The notes under the pieces are model-generated. The model saw nothing but the letters and a program-made list of their open reading frames with translations. It made no database searches and was not told the origin of the DNA. From NCBI GenBank assembly GCA_964594835.1, contig CAZQNA010000005.1:85419-149418 (forward strand): DNA of 64,000 nt. Direction: 5' to 3'. The DNA comes from an uncultured Nitrososphaerota archaeon (GTDB lineage: Archaea > Korarchaeota > Korarchaeia > Korarchaeales > Korarchaeaceae). A program made the position numbers and the translations under genes. The first letter of the stretch is position 1; each line of letters starts with the position of its first letter. Below, piece after piece: positions 10,301 through 17,237 of this stretch.

Positions 10301-10744
10301 CTCTTCCTCCTCCTTCCCATCGGTGTGGCCAGGCGGAGGGTGACCCTCTACGACGCGGGGGCCATGAGGTTCGCGATCCTAGCCGGATGGCCCGGCGGCA
10401 TCACCGGCGTCAGGGAGAGGGTCCTCCTCACCCGCCCGGCTGTCGACGACCTGATGGACGATCCCGCGACCGGGCCCGCGCTGGTCAACCTCATAAGGAG
10501 GGGGATCGTGGAGGTCCGCGAGGTGGATGAGGGTTCGGTCGTCCAGGCCCTCATGCTGGCGAGGACCACGGGCATGAGCATGGGGTCCGCCGCGAACCTC
10601 ATAGCGGCGGTCGTGGGAGGGGCGACATCCGTCGTTCTCTCAGACATGCTGGCCCTGTCTGTGGCCCGAAGCCTCGGGCTGGAGGCCGTTCTGGTGGCCC
10701 CGACCTTCGGGGCGCGGGAGGGTGAGAGCGTATGGGCGCCGTGA
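1382..10744 (+). CDS. Giant (3120 aa) multidomain surface protein/adhesin with C-terminal TM and cytoplasmic PIN-like domain
   Basis: Signal peptide; Ig/MG2-like repeats; WWD..WHYRVPI (DUF2341-like); LYDDGTHGDAVAGDGVFTN (choice-of-anchor X-like); SdrD-B-like segment; GTLRQFILNANA followed by a parallel beta-helix ending GTSEFG; several DUF11-like repeats; many NxS/T sequons; TM near 10285-10330, then a PIN-like tail. Confidence 0.85.
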   Translation: MRGRIVVRSMAGLAGLLLLLSAAAISPPGPLPASVSGPGQAAAGDQNASVPPEIVLVRPHLNPWDNLTAIIRSPQGVEPSADILTPDNRSVNASSYLRPRGGRTWALEFPLPSISPVPLGTYRLRVHSGGAASEANFTVDSLSVSAVGRCWSDSCRLEIRVESALAGGPVEANATVAISGPDNATLLARDIPVAGEANFTFSPWMPGEYLARISAEDARGIRGEGAALLRAPAPGIELTLVPSKTRYSPGETISALIKANVTLDWVNASLRTPGGRVLPLSALRVNETSWLVEYPLVSLVELGEYGLSAVGWVGEDTGTDEISIWIDVLEVEAEADVETGLILVRVSGAAAGEVSGANVTVGLSGPLNLSTWGVTEGGLAELPLPDLPPGNYSYSVEAIWGDLSAEARGALQISGAQLQAPRLLVPRELRFRVGEGVSVSGGITPGTALVGNITVSYTLTGPDGRVLSEGELVVNAPGNFTLHLGDLSPGNYTLSVVARLGRLTARGTTSIAVLGVAGPCAPAGEASGVPVSVDGACIEEVLPAELPEGAWLFAGRKVVALSVSLRGNPGFEAELEIGRGSLLAVVGPDWNPLRPQVAEGGRRISLLDGGWSDPDGSADGRASVVLLVELAPALSGLPAGGPVEVAGRTLPPAERRGAREKLVRPALVKVLDEFEARGRDGTWRVQWLEVLRPGAYRLDPKLGGARAVARLRGVSLEAREGQFLFDSPGRVLVEVLIDEAPAAPPARQAIVSPGKLLVELPDKREGEWRRVTVELPPGALVRRVLALGNVTRDVETWYQSGTRLVFYDDPNRYYYILYDVPEWWDPDGPNSGEDWHYRVPISVPAGDQHQMVIVDVNFTDLLLSLDVTGTLDNNSVRVVDPSGNLVPRQEYIPTGPGVGTIKFLLPSDLSSQETFYVYFDVLENGAKSPLNTLNTGVDRGDLAYWLHGKSPGWISSVIGASPRGPYTIDGGTTGFPPPNPRIIVDDGLPAVGEYSLVLGYRVNESEDRTPNGENTWAAYEITVPSGGGSLTFWFRVESWDSQYFDYLIVTIRDTGGNTLDTVLVYNPNPGTSYGTFADSGWWIATGYDLTPYAGQTIRVNFTVHTYWDDWYKTWAYVDNLIWCNLSATVLADMAEGFGVNLTEPSGPQTFGPLRIVARVDASPTGGILARVYGPSGDLIASGPLYDDGTHGDAVAGDGVFTNDDIYTISPGDPLGGWRVVVLANDSSASTHSPSYDGLIHIPGRPYEVNYTDFFNVDEASFEVRANLTGIVHEDRWPLAAGYSLGVDLPVPSASVGLFLDDGDGEFDPYSDPLVRVVQTNSAGGYSFLARNGTYWIVVDSKTVTSPRGLNAGSDWGETWAEGTYVVSWDGSAHRGSPDFGGRDPEVSDACSLDVIFYDGLETWTGWTDYGAGTVYQSGEQSYEGSFSLKKDSNNDPNGGYRPLSETVGRGIVLQGYAYRPAPWSGGSIDRVGVEDSSFNGYSFAVNHNTNRIWIDRRDGGTPVRISARVPWDPPENGWYLWRLTLFENGTIAFGVYDLNGTPLAEVRATDSTYSSFDRVVVHGGYEYYVDELTLWRPGGRCEHVSLVSVGDYLGESLDFGFSFDVVVNSLDEDHDPANPRAAQGTLRQFILNANAISGGDRSWFVFAVPPNVQADPSHAWWRIDVNDTLGQLPAIRDGGTEINGTVFDQDLSPKDANPGALGIGGRVGTGPDGVPGSGDEPSLPAYSLPEVAIYGQGHDFDGLAVSGASDVKIANVSVYGFYSRYGPGAAVHVESGSARAEVYGCFVGLRPDGLDPGAAGEARNSQLGVLVEGDSARVVDSVVAYNWGTGAHFSGSDVKSGLVQGCAIFSNGLKQVYDPSSSGGPDGMSAEGLASGVVVRENLISNNTCYGIDSWFAPGGLRVAENNITLNGWAPYEGEAGGVRIFGNGSVVELNSIHSNHGVGVVIARTAPPPGWGAPGNALDNNLSRNSIFNNTALGVDIDNTTLAGVGNPTGDGVTVNDGVLSPGAPNLKVDYPVISHSEFNGTHVYVEGFINSEDTGSGSPEFAGALVEVFMVNNSRLGDDLEGNLHGDRYYGEGAVYLGSLTADADGEFSGWIRVSDLPDGMRPEEGSLLTATATISGAGTSEFGPDARVQGVRINVSVRKSLSPSTPCYYGVTLNVTNWSPTPAPSVRVYDVIPANMVLESPSPPYSGSSGNVYWWTVSLSESGSPGSSQLISYTLRAAACGAVEYNLSDAFTVGVDPPDGYLNISASEFIDLILYPDSTYEVRRVWGFLTVSNPTADVISDVWLWIDSTGMRFYPDYPYPSGLEVSPPLHIPELRPGDYWRWRYEVDPALVTPPVTAAETAAPTSLACGRAENLSLSIALTFTDDLRDVSLVKRIPAWFDLRSAHASGGTVRVSGDSVRWDIGDVVRGSTYVLNLLGAARMSSGGSLPPASLTFKRDDAMILDRIREVHSVGAASIQVEKNLSAVGMSVRARFTNLASDLTYNLTRVCVWEGSPPPDGRLVFCETPLESISPGDTWVGPWRLDAGASGVVKYYPRANFTVVPVVGGVQVPLSEAVNGTYLVRASLIEPNVSCRGAPAPSPPELTFSKTVGPSVASIGDVVTFKIRVSNVGGSESGLIVLEDELPAELSYVQGSSSVNGIPVEPERSGGRLRWVLPPLSPDGGWEVTFSATVVSSPVGTDRVYNAVIYGGEEVARAPLVIIRPSGPAPPVTPPAGAAAPRLWLSKECSPAVASVGDVISCRIVLTNVGNATASNLTVIDFLPRGLVPVEGSESPPSASLSAGMIEWRVRELPPGGAFAALFHAVVTGEAGGSLINVARAQNLTATFRINVRPPTPLRPVIGKVGTYLGNQTVLYTVSVYFPGEVSEVTVVDRLPGGASLVPGGVRVAGAEYAVRAPTDRVLRIVLRPSGVGTPATVTYLVRLPSGLAGDVVNVAELREYGLAASSVVRVPATLITAAMGGASAIPAILFLLLPIGVARRRVTLYDAGAMRFAILAGWPGGITGVRERVLLTRPAVDDLMDDPATGPALVNLIRRGIVEVREVDEGSVVQALMLARTTGMSMGSAANLIAAVVGGATSVVLSDMLALSVARSLGLEAVLVAPTFGAREGESVWAP

Positions 10745-11184
10745 TCGGGCTGGAGGAAGCTCTCGACAGGAGGAAGAGGAGGAGGACCATGGCTGCCGTC
10801 GAGCTGGGGCTGGCAATAACGGTGGTGTCCCTGCTGGTGGTCACCGTGCTCTCTCCAATTCTGTCCCCCATGCAGGAGGCGCTGGCGGCCTCGCTCGCGG
10901 TCGTGGCCGGGGCCCTGACGTCCCTCTCCTACTACCACTCGGAGGTCCTCCCACCCATGCCCTCGAGGTACAGGCTGATGGTAGAGGTCCTGCCCGAGGC
11001 CGTCGAGTCAACGGGTCTCTCGGAGCTGGAGCGCAGGCTTCTGGCCTATCTGGCGGAGAGGGGCGCACTTCGACCGGCCGAACTCGCCGAGGAGTGGGAG
11101 GTAACGCCGTTCGCAATAACCTCTGCCCTTCTGAGGCTGGAGAGGGCCGGATATGTGCGGATAAGGGGTCTGACGTGGGAGTGA
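10732..11184 (+). CDS. Two-TM membrane protein with C-terminal winged HTH (membrane-anchored regulator)
   Basis: Two hydrophobic helices, then LSELERRLLAYLAERGALRPAELAEEW..ITSALLRLERAGYV; overlaps the giant gene stop. Confidence 0.7.
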   Translation: MGAVIGLEEALDRRKRRRTMAAVELGLAITVVSLLVVTVLSPILSPMQEALAASLAVVAGALTSLSYYHSEVLPPMPSRYRLMVEVLPEAVESTGLSELERRLLAYLAERGALRPAELAEEWEVTPFAITSALLRLERAGYVRIRGLTWE

Positions 11185-11248
11185 TCGGGCGTCCCAGTGG
11201 GATGAAGGTCCGCGCGCCCCGTCGAGCCCGCAGGTTCGAGGTTCTCCC

Positions 11249-11261
11249 AAAAAAGGTATAA
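11249..11261 (+). promoter_or_regulatory. BRE/TATA box
   Basis: AAAAAAGGTATAA about 30 nt upstream of ATG11292. Confidence 0.6.
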
Positions 11262-11291
11262 CAAACCACTCGCAGCTTCTCCCGGTGTCAG

Positions 11292-12500
11292 ATGAGGCCC
11301 CCTCCCGCGCCTCCCCGGGGCGGCGTCAGGGCCCGGGCGTCCCTGCTGCTCATCCTCTCCCTCACGATCCCCCCGTTAATCTCGTCGTGCCTGGGGGAGG
11401 GTGAGCTCATCGTCGCCGTGGGAGCTGGGGAGGAGGCTCTGGAGAGTCTCTCAAGGGTGAACGGGACCGAGGGGGTCCTGCTGGTCTCCACCGAGCAGGT
11501 GGCCCTGGAGGTCGACGCGCTGGTACTCCTGGAGTGGCCGGGCAGGGGCACCCTCCAACGCGTCAGGAACACGCCCGTCTTCGTCGGGGTAGAGTCTCTG
11601 AGCCTGCTCCCCGACCTCCCGATCTACCTCAGGGGTTCCTACAGGGTCAACTCGAGCGGAAGGCTCCTCCCGGTGAGGATGGATGGAGGCCTTTCTCCTC
11701 GGGAGTTTCCTCCGGGAGTGGAGAGGGGCATAATCTCCGCCGCAGGGGTCGACGTGCTATACTCTTTCGAGGACGGGGTTCCAGCCGTTTTGAAGATCGG
11801 AGAGGACCCGCCGATCGTTCTGGTCTGCGCAAACCTGACCGAGTGGGCGGTCAGGGATCCAGAATCACTTCTGAGGGTCTTGGCCGAGATCGTGAGGTGG
11901 CTGGAGCCCCCAACCCTCCTCCCCTCCACGTTCGCGGCCGTGGCGGTCGGAGGGGCGGCGGCACTGCTCTCGGCCAGAGTGCTCCTTCAGAGGAGGAGGC
12001 ACCCCTCCCCCTCCCGCCTCGGCATCGAGGGGCCGAGGGTCGGGGCCCTGGAGCACCCCGTAAGGGCTGTCCTTCTGTCTCTGCTGCAGGACGTGGGCGC
12101 GGCGAGCGCCTCTGAGCTGAGCGACGAACTCCAGATCCCCCGGAGCACACTCTCCCACCACCTGGGGGTCATGCAGAGGGAGGGTCTCATCAGCTCGGAG
12201 GAGATACTGGGCGAGAGGCTCTATTACCTCCCTGGGAGGAGGAGGGACGCTCTGGTCCACGCGGCCCTCAAGAATCCGACCCGCAGGAGCATTTTGGCCA
12301 TCATCGAGAGGGGAGGTCCGCGGACGATAAGGTCCCTGTCGGATGAGCTCGGCGTCTCGACGGAGACGATCAAGCGGAACGTGGACATACTCGAGAGGCT
12401 CGGCCTCGTGACGACCAGGAGGGTCAAGGGGAAGAGGTTGATCTCCCTGAGCGGATCGTCCATTTATCACGTCTCGACGTCAGAGGTAGAGAGGAGCTAG
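11292..12500 (+). CDS. Membrane-anchored transcription regulator: extracellular domain, TM, tandem ArsR-like winged HTH
   Basis: N-terminal hydrophobic leader ending LISSC; TM FAAVAVGGAAALLSARVLL; two HTH units (HPVRAVLL..RSTLSHHL and NPTRRSIL..ETIKRNVDILERLGLV). Confidence 0.75.
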   Translation: MRPPPAPPRGGVRARASLLLILSLTIPPLISSCLGEGELIVAVGAGEEALESLSRVNGTEGVLLVSTEQVALEVDALVLLEWPGRGTLQRVRNTPVFVGVESLSLLPDLPIYLRGSYRVNSSGRLLPVRMDGGLSPREFPPGVERGIISAAGVDVLYSFEDGVPAVLKIGEDPPIVLVCANLTEWAVRDPESLLRVLAEIVRWLEPPTLLPSTFAAVAVGGAAALLSARVLLQRRRHPSPSRLGIEGPRVGALEHPVRAVLLSLLQDVGAASASELSDELQIPRSTLSHHLGVMQREGLISSEEILGERLYYLPGRRRDALVHAALKNPTRRSILAIIERGGPRTIRSLSDELGVSTETIKRNVDILERLGLVTTRRVKGKRLISLSGSSIYHVSTSEVERS

Positions 12501-14372
12501 ATGGCCCGATTCAAGTACTTCCCATACAGGCCGAGGGAGAGACAGGCCGAGCTGATCGAGTTCATAGCAGCCAACCTCAGGAGAGGCGCGAACATATGCA
12601 TCCACGCGCCCACGGGGTTCGGGAAAACCCCAGTGGTGCTGGCGGCCCTCCTCGAGGAGATCGAGGGGTCGGACCTCAGGATTATCTGGGCCGTTAGGAC
12701 CGGGAACGAGACTGACAGACCTGTTGAGGAGCTCATGACTGTTTGGAGGAGCTGGGGAGAGGGCCCCTTCGGGATGTCCCTCAGGGGAAAGAGGGACATG
12801 TGTCTGCTGGCTAGGGAGAAGGGGATCAGGGACTACAGGACGGTGGAGAACCTCTGCAGACTGAAGAAGGACACCTGCCCCTACTACAGGAGGGTCCGCC
12901 CCTTTCCCGGCCTGACCGAGAGGCCCCTGACCTTCTCCGAGCTGATGAGTATGGCCTCCGAGAGGGGGATGTGCCCCTACTACCTCCAGTTCCTGGCCCT
13001 GAGGGACGCCAAGCTGGTGGCCCTGAGCTACAACTACATCTTGGGGCCCGCTGGTTGGGCCGTGAGGAGGGTCGTCCCCTTCGGGAAGTCTATCCTGGTG
13101 GTCGACGAGGCCCACAACGTGGAGGGGGCGGCCATGTCCGTGAACTCGGAGAAGATCACCACCACGACCGTCGAGAGGGCGATAGAGGAGGTGAGGGAGT
13201 ACTTCCCAGAGGAGACCGACCTAATAGAATCGCTCGAGTCCGTACTAGCTGAGATGCGGAGGGTCGGCCGAGGCATCGAGGAGGACGGCGTGTTCTACCC
13301 ACTGGACCTCTTGGCGGCGGGAGGCCTGGAGGAGGTGGACATAGAGACCCTGACGAGGCTGGGAGGGCGGGTTCAGAGGCTGAGGGCCTCCGAGGGCAGG
13401 GCGCCGAGGTCCTCCCTGCACCGCCTGGGGGAGTTCCTGGACAAGTGTCTCAGGCTCTCAGGAGAGGAGGGCGTGGCATTCATAGTCTCCAGGGCGAGGG
13501 GGGGCCGACTGGAGTTTGAGGTCTGGGACATGCGGGCGAGGGAGTTCCTCTCCGGGATCTGGCCCAGGTTCTACGCCAGGATCTTCATGTCCGGGACTCT
13601 GGCCCCGATCGACGCCTTCTCAGAGGCGGTCGGCCTGGGCTCCTGTCAGTCAGCCAGCGTACCCTCGGAGGTGGACCCGGAGAGGGTGGAGTCCCTAATC
13701 ACGAGGGACCTGACCACCAGGGGCGAGTCCCTCCCCCCGGAGATGGCAAGGGCCTACGTGGACTCCATATCGGACTTCTTGGAGGGAATCCCCGCCAACG
13801 TAGCCGTGTTCACGGCGAGCTACAGGATACAGTCGGAGATAGCGGAGGGGGTCTCTGAGACGTGCCAGAGGCTTGGCAGACCCCTCTTCGTCGAGCGGGA
13901 GGGAATGAGCGGCGACGAGGCCAGGAAGATGCTGGAGGACTTCAAGGCCTCCGCCCACGGGGGGACCCCCGCCGTCCTGATGGGACCCATGGGCGGGAGG
14001 TTCAGCGAGGGGGCAGACTTCCCCGGGAGGGAGCTCGTTGGGGTGTACCTGGTCGGGATTCCGTTCGACAGGATGACCGTGAGGACGCGCCTCCTGCTGG
14101 AGTTCAGGGAGAGGGAGCACGGGAGGGAGAGGGGGAGGTACCTCGCCTACGTCGTTCCGGCCATGAGGAGGGCGTCTCAGGCGCTGGGGAGGGTCATAAG
14201 GTCACGCGAGGACCCCGGCATGTTCGTTCTGGGGGACAGCAGATACGCCAGACATGAGTACTTCTCCCTCCTACCGGACTTCATAAGGGAGACGGCCGTG
14301 GTGGTGTACCACGACGATCTGCCCCACTACCTGGGGAGGTGGGCGTCCCGAAACCTCCGGTCCCTCTCCTGA
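12501..14372 (+). CDS. xpd: XPD/Rad3-family Fe-S DNA helicase
   Basis: Q-motif RERQ, Walker A APTGFGKT, four Fe-S Cys, DEAH, MSGTL, QALGRVIRS. Confidence 0.92.
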   Translation: MARFKYFPYRPRERQAELIEFIAANLRRGANICIHAPTGFGKTPVVLAALLEEIEGSDLRIIWAVRTGNETDRPVEELMTVWRSWGEGPFGMSLRGKRDMCLLAREKGIRDYRTVENLCRLKKDTCPYYRRVRPFPGLTERPLTFSELMSMASERGMCPYYLQFLALRDAKLVALSYNYILGPAGWAVRRVVPFGKSILVVDEAHNVEGAAMSVNSEKITTTTVERAIEEVREYFPEETDLIESLESVLAEMRRVGRGIEEDGVFYPLDLLAAGGLEEVDIETLTRLGGRVQRLRASEGRAPRSSLHRLGEFLDKCLRLSGEEGVAFIVSRARGGRLEFEVWDMRAREFLSGIWPRFYARIFMSGTLAPIDAFSEAVGLGSCQSASVPSEVDPERVESLITRDLTTRGESLPPEMARAYVDSISDFLEGIPANVAVFTASYRIQSEIAEGVSETCQRLGRPLFVEREGMSGDEARKMLEDFKASAHGGTPAVLMGPMGGRFSEGADFPGRELVGVYLVGIPFDRMTVRTRLLLEFREREHGRERGRYLAYVVPAMRRASQALGRVIRSREDPGMFVLGDSRYARHEYFSLLPDFIRETAVVVYHDDLPHYLGRWASRNLRSLS

Positions 14373-14373
14373 C

Positions 14374-15252
14374 TCAGCGGGAGAGCATCTCCCTGATGAA
14401 GTTGGGGAGCTGGGCGAGCCCCAGGTGAACACCCGGGTTGTAGAACCTCGTCTTGCCCCGGAGACCCCTCTCCTCGTACCGGCGATCCAGGGTCTCCCTG
14501 TCGACCTCCAGCGGGGAGTCGGACCCCTCCAAGAACCCCCACATTCCGCTCTGGTAGGTGGGCGCGAAGGACAGGTAGGGCCTCACGTGCTTGAACACGG
14601 ACCTGAACACGCCGTGGAGCTCCCTCGTTATCTGCGGATAGAGGAAGGGGGTCTCCGCCTGGGCCACGGCTATGCCGCCATCGGCCAGGACGGCCTTGAC
14701 CCGCAGATAGAAGTCCCGGGTGAACAGCTTCCTGGCCTCGCCAACGGGGTCGGTGCTGTCCACTATCACTACGTCGAACCTCTCGCCGGTGCTCTCCATG
14801 AACTCGTATCCATCGGCGATCACTAGCTCGTGCCTCGGGTCGGCGAAGGAGGAGGCCAGCTCGGGGAAGAACCTCTTGGACACCTCCACGACCCTCTCGT
14901 CCAGCTCGGCCTGGACGACACTCCTGACGGTGGGGTGCTTGAGGACCTCTCTCGCCGCCCCCCCGTCCCCACCTCCGACGATCAGGACCCTCTCCGGATG
15001 GGGGTGAGTCATCATGGCCGGATGGACGAGCATCTCGTGGTAGATGAACTCGTCCCGCTCCGTGAGCTGTATCAGCCCGTCGAGGACCAGTATCCTCCCG
15101 TACTCATACGTCTCCATGACGTCTATCCTCTGGTACCTGCTCGTCTCCGACCACAGGAACGCCTTCACGCGGAACGAGAGCCTGAGATTCTCGGTGTGGT
15201 GGTCTGTGAACCACACGTTAGCCTTCTCTCTCTCAGCCGTGGGTGTGGCCAA
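14374..15252 (-). CDS. speE: Spermidine synthase / polyamine aminopropyltransferase
   Basis: LDGLIQLTERDEFIYHEM, VGGGDGG, DVVIVDSTDP; TTG start after GGAGGAGG. Confidence 0.93.
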   Translation of the reverse strand: MATPTAEREKANVWFTDHHTENLRLSFRVKAFLWSETSRYQRIDVMETYEYGRILVLDGLIQLTERDEFIYHEMLVHPAMMTHPHPERVLIVGGGDGGAAREVLKHPTVRSVVQAELDERVVEVSKRFFPELASSFADPRHELVIADGYEFMESTGERFDVVIVDSTDPVGEARKLFTRDFYLRVKAVLADGGIAVAQAETPFLYPQITRELHGVFRSVFKHVRPYLSFAPTYQSGMWGFLEGSDSPLEVDRETLDRRYEERGLRGKTRFYNPGVHLGLAQLPNFIREMLSR

Positions 15253-15694
15253 CCTCCTCCCCCCCGACGGGGAAGACAGACGCCCTGATCGCCTCGACCC
15301 CTCGGACGGAGTGCAGGGTCTTAACGAGTTCTCTGGCCTTGGAGACGGGCCCGGCCAGGATCGTCACCTCGAGGCACCTGCCGACGCTCAGGTGAACGTG
15401 CGAGGTCGACCTGATTATGTCTATGAACCTGTGCTGGATCTCGGTTATGCTCTCCGACGCCTCGTCGTGGCGGTACATCAGGGTGATCGACCCGACCACC
15501 TGGTAGTCCTCTCCACCCTCTAGGAGCCACGCCCGGTCGCCGATGTACTGGGCTATGGCCTCGCTGATGGCCTTGGACCTGCTGGGCACGTCCAACTCCT
15601 CCACGATCCTGTCCAGCTCCTTGAGCAGTCCGCTCGGGATGGATACCCCGATCCGCGTTATCTCGGTCAGACCAGACCCTCCCATCGTGCGCAC
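15233..15694 (-). CDS. nikR: Nickel-responsive regulator NikR
   Basis: RHH N-terminus (RIGVSIP..SRSKAISEAI) plus ACT-like domain with QH, HVH and CLE ligands. Confidence 0.88.
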   Translation of the reverse strand: MRTMGGSGLTEITRIGVSIPSGLLKELDRIVEELDVPSRSKAISEAIAQYIGDRAWLLEGGEDYQVVGSITLMYRHDEASESITEIQHRFIDIIRSTSHVHLSVGRCLEVTILAGPVSKARELVKTLHSVRGVEAIRASVFPVGGEEVGHTHG

Positions 15695-15727
15695 CCGCGG
15701 GAATAATTATTGAGGTTCCGGGCCCCT

Positions 15728-17140
15728 TCAGGGTCCGCCCCTCTCGGCCGCCGGCAGGATCGCCTCCTTTGGGGCCCTCTCAAACGGCTCCAGGTATGGC
15801 CGGAGGACCTTCGGGACCTCTACCGAGCCGTCAGGGCGCTGGTAGTTCTCGATTATGGCCGTTATCGCCCTGGTCGTGGCTATCGCCGTGCTGTTGAGGG
15901 TGTGGACGTATCCTCGGCTTCCGTCCCCCCTTATGTACCTTATCCCTAGCCTGAAGGCCTGCCAGTCCAGGCAGTTGCTGCAGCTGACCATCTCCCGATA
16001 CCTCCCCTGGGCTGGCATCCAGGCCTCCAGGTCGAACTTCCTAGCCGCCTGGGGGCCCAGCTCCTGGGCGCATATGTCTACCACGCGGTACGGGATCTCC
16101 AGTGCCCGCCAGAGTTCTTCTGCATTCTGGATGAGCCTCTCGTGCCAGTCCCAGCTCTCATCCGGCATGCAGAAGACGACCTGCTCGACCTTGTGGAACT
16201 GGTGAACCCTGAACACGCCCTTGGTGTCCCTCCCGTGGGCGCCGGCCTCCCTCCTGAAGCAGGGGCTGACGCCGGCATAGAGCAGCGGGAGGTTGGAGTC
16301 CTGAATCTCCTCTCTGGCGTGCATGGAGACCAGCGGGTGCTCGGAGGTGGATATGAGGAAGAGGTCCTCCCCGTCGATCTTGTAGATGGCGTCCATGAAG
16401 TCCTCCAGCGGGGTCACGCCCCTGTAGACCTCGCCCTTGAGCATGTAGGGTGGGATCACGAGCCTGAACCCCTTCCTGGTCAGGCGGTCCATCGCGAACA
16501 TCATCAGGGCGAGATCCAGCCAGACCAGGTCCTCGAGCATGTAGAAGAACCGAGAGCCGGCCACCTTGCCGGCCCGCCTGGTGTCCACGAGACCCAGAAC
16601 AAGCTCAGACTCGTCCGCGTGGCCCCGGGGCCTCCAGTCCACCACCTCGTGGTCGACCCTGAACCCCCACCTCTCCGTCTGCCGCCTGAACTCCTCTAGG
16701 TGACCCTCCCAGACCCTAGGCTTACCCCAGAACCTGATTGGGACTGCCTCCTCACCTTCTGGACAGGATGGGACGTCAGGATGAATTGGGACCGCTGGAA
16801 GGGTCCACAGGGCAGATGTCCGCTCCTCGGAAAGCGTGGAGAACTCCGACTCCAGCCTCTTTACCTGATCCGACACCTTCTTGGCTTCCTCTATGAGAGA
16901 CCTCCTCTCCTCTCCGGAGGCCCGAGCTATCCTCCCGGTCAGCTCGTTGCGATACCTCCGGAGCTCGTCGAGCCTGAACTTGGTCTCCCTCCACCTCTCG
17001 TCCAGGGCGCGCGCCCGATCCACGATGGACTCGTCCATCCCCCTCTTCCTGAGTTCTGCCTTCAGAGCCTCCGGATCGCCTCTCAAGATCTCCAGCGCGC
17101 TCCACAACTCGGGTCGTCGCCCCCTCCGCGTGAGCGCCAT
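15728..17140 (-). CDS. serS: Seryl-tRNA synthetase
   Basis: Coiled-coil arm, TSEHP, CFRREAG, FRVHQFHKVE, EMVSCSN, HTLNSTAIA. Confidence 0.96.
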   Translation of the reverse strand: MALTRRGRRPELWSALEILRGDPEALKAELRKRGMDESIVDRARALDERWRETKFRLDELRRYRNELTGRIARASGEERRSLIEEAKKVSDQVKRLESEFSTLSEERTSALWTLPAVPIHPDVPSCPEGEEAVPIRFWGKPRVWEGHLEEFRRQTERWGFRVDHEVVDWRPRGHADESELVLGLVDTRRAGKVAGSRFFYMLEDLVWLDLALMMFAMDRLTRKGFRLVIPPYMLKGEVYRGVTPLEDFMDAIYKIDGEDLFLISTSEHPLVSMHAREEIQDSNLPLLYAGVSPCFRREAGAHGRDTKGVFRVHQFHKVEQVVFCMPDESWDWHERLIQNAEELWRALEIPYRVVDICAQELGPQAARKFDLEAWMPAQGRYREMVSCSNCLDWQAFRLGIRYIRGDGSRGYVHTLNSTAIATTRAITAIIENYQRPDGSVEVPKVLRPYLEPFERAPKEAILPAAERGGP

Positions 17141-17152
17141 TAAAGGTTTGGC

Positions 17153-17214
17153 GGCGCCTCGGTCCGCCCATCAATCCTCACTCCTCAGGTGAAGGAATTG
17201 ACCTCATCGGCGCC
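17153..17214 (-). ncRNA. Box C/D 2'-O-methylation guide sRNA
   Basis: Minus strand: terminal GGCGCC stem, box C CGATGA, guide GGTCAATTCCTTCAC, D' CTGA, C' GTGAGGA, guide TTGATGGGCGGA, D CCGA; TATA-like TTTAAAT about 20 nt upstream. Confidence 0.8.
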
Positions 17215-17237
17215 GGAGAATCCGGCGCGAGGGGGAT

